A stretch of 64,000 nt of DNA, from the NCBI RefSeq assembly GCF_004010195.1, contig NC_057714.1, forward strand, positions 24,361,097-24,425,096, written 5' to 3'. A model generated the notes under the pieces. It had not been told where the DNA came from and did not search any database. It worked only from the letters and a program-made list of their open reading frames with translations. This DNA comes from Chiloscyllium plagiosum. Taxonomy: Eukaryota. Below, one piece after another: positions 61,807 to 64,000 of the stretch (position 1 is the stretch's first letter; every line of letters begins with the position of its first letter). Both the position numbers and the translations under genes were made by a program.

Positions 61807-62624
61807 AGGTGTGTCCTGTCCTAGATTCTAAGATGGTCTGCTTTTCCCCGATCAATCCTTGTGACATCCATCAAATTGAGTGAAGCTTAATGCAGTCTTC
61901 AGTCTTCTATAGCCATACCTACCACATCATGGTGAAAAATGCCAAAAATTATGACTTGACATTTCGGGAAAAGTTTTTTCAGGATATGGATGGGAAGCTA
62001 AATTCTAATTTGTCAAACATAGTTGATAGTCTACAAGTGAAGTCTGAAATCACAAGCTGAGACCATTGTCTCTGCATTCCTATTTGAAAAATCACAGGGC
62101 ACTACCACACAAAATGTCACTTGCTATTGAGAAAAGGTGCAGTGTAACACTATTCACAGTTGTCTTGGAGTGACCCTTAACTGACTGTCCAAAGAATTGT
62201 CAAAACCACTAACACATGAGTGAATATATCCAAAAGCTGTCCTTTGACATAGCTCTGTTCTTCGCAGCTGAACACTATAAATCAGTGTGTCACTTCGCGT
62301 AATCATACCAAACCCCATTGGTGTACAACCTTCTTTCAGTGGTGAGGATAATCCCTGTAACCCTGAGATCAACTCCAGTTCAGTGTTTATCAGGCCATCC
62401 AATATCACCCCTCCTCCATTCCATGTCATGCAGCAACTTGTAGAGAAGTAACTCATACCAGCAGCAATTGGAATTCCTATCTAAAGGGACCTTCAAGAAC
62501 ACCGAACTCAATTACATGGATCTATGACATCTTCTCTGGTTATGAATCAAACATCTCCAACTCCATAACACCACTGAAGTTTGGAGGGAAACTTGGCCAG
62601 AAAACACCCTACCAAATAAACATA

Positions 62625-63052
62625 TTGACTGAACAGGCTGGAACTGTTTTCCCTGGAGCGTCAGAGGCTGAGGGGTGACCTTATAGAGGTTTACAAAATT
62701 ATGAGTGACATGGATAGGGTAAATAGGCAAAGTCTTTTCCCTGGAGTCGGGGAGTCCAGAACCAGAGGGCATAGGTTAAGGGTGAGAGGGAAAAGATACA
62801 AAAGAGACCTAAGGAGCAACTTTTTCACACAGAGGGTGGTACATGTATGGAATGAGCTGCTAGAGGAAGTGGTGGAGGCTGGTACAATTGCAACATTTAA
62901 GAGGCACTTGGATAGGTATATGAATAGGAAAGGTTTGGAGGGATATGGGCCGGGTGCTGGGAGGTGGGACTAGATTGGGTTGGGATATTTGGTTGGCATG
63001 GACGGGTTGGACCAAAGGTCTGTTTCCATGTTGTACATCTCTATGATTCTAG
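62625..63052 (+). mobile_element. CR1 3' fragment
   Basis: TRGHRLRVRG...FFTQRVVHVWNEL. Same subfamily as 46222-46418. Confidence 0.92.
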
Positions 63053-63534
63053 AGCCTGAAGTCTACGAAATAAATTAGAAACACGGAGAGTGAAGCATAT
63101 AAAGGAGACTGACTAGCATTAGGTGATAGAGTTCAGGGGATGGTCTTTCAATAATGTAATAGGAGGAATAGAGCCTAGAATATTTCTGAATGCAATATAT
63201 TAGAGTATTTAATTTTATTATATAATAAAGGTACGATAAAGAAGTTCAAGCCTAAAGTTAGTTGTTGACTGTACCTTCTTCTTGAACAGTCAGGCTTGAG
63301 CCCAAACTCTTTGATCTAAGAATAAAACCACACGACAAAAGAAACCCACAGATACAGGTTTTATAAATTTTTTTGTTGAAATATAATAATAATAATATCA
63401 GCGCATTTATAAATGTTTCAATTCATATATTTATTTTGAATGAATAATGTTAGTGATCATCAATCATTTAAGGACTGTTTATGATTCTGTACTAAAAGCT
63501 CCAACAAAACATCTCTATTATTCATAGAAACACT

Positions 63535-64000
63535 GACTGATAGAATGGTTACAGCACAAGAGAAGCTCACCTTGTCAATGTGAGAGCAACTCAGTGAGTC
63601 TCACTTCGAGCCTTTTCTACCTAGCATTGAAAATATTTTCTCTGCAGATACCATCCAATTCTGTTGTAAAAACTATAATTGCCTCTACTATTAATCTCAG
63701 GCTGTACATTTAATATTTTATTTACTCATTGTGTTAAGATGCATTTTCTCATGTCACCTTGATCCTTTTGTCAACCATGGTGCCCAGAATTGGTCACAAC
63801 AGGCCAGATGAAGAAGAACCAATCTCCTCTGCTGGTTCATCGTAAGTACCTTCTTTTTATAAACCATCCCTCTACTTATTAGGCCTCAGGATCTTTTCTG
63901 CTACATTATTCTTTTCTCTCAACCTACAGTGCCACCTTCAATGATGTGTACTGTACACATAAAGCTCCAGGTGCCCCCAGGATCCTTCACCAGATTTAGA
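63535..64000 (-). mobile_element. Old CR1 3' fragment
   Basis: atagaatggttacagcaca end and ggtgcccagaattg (QFWAP) on the minus strand. Confidence 0.6.

Noticed and set aside
1-64000. CRISPR array or prokaryotic operon
   Set aside because: No regularly spaced direct repeats and no gene-dense organisation. The sequence is repeat-rich vertebrate DNA.

Overview
Vertebrate genomic DNA, almost certainly from a shark. HE1-type tRNA-derived SINEs with (TCTAA)n or TTCTATG tails, abundant CR1 LINEs, Neptune-type Penelope-like elements (PLE) and Harbinger relics are all present. An orectolobiform (bamboo-shark-like) draft assembly is my inference, and there are two N gaps. I recognise no host protein-coding gene. 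Every ORF I can identify comes from a decayed transposon: CR1 ORF1 esterase and ORF2 EN-RT, PLE RT thumb plus GIY-YIG, and Harbinger transposase and Myb/SANT. The repeat-free AT-rich blocks carry Pbx-Hox/Meis-type motifs, and one block retains CpGs. This is consistent with a gene desert or large intron near a developmental regulator (inference). The most striking signal is a family of about 10 short (55-290 bp) PLE-terminus insertions, most carrying a minimal hammerhead ribozyme motif. Several are stereotyped asymmetric fold-backs with a ~33-nt tail on one arm only and exact 10-15 bp TSDs. Their 5' breakpoints cluster at the ribozyme core. Boundaries of old repeats are approximate, read by eye.
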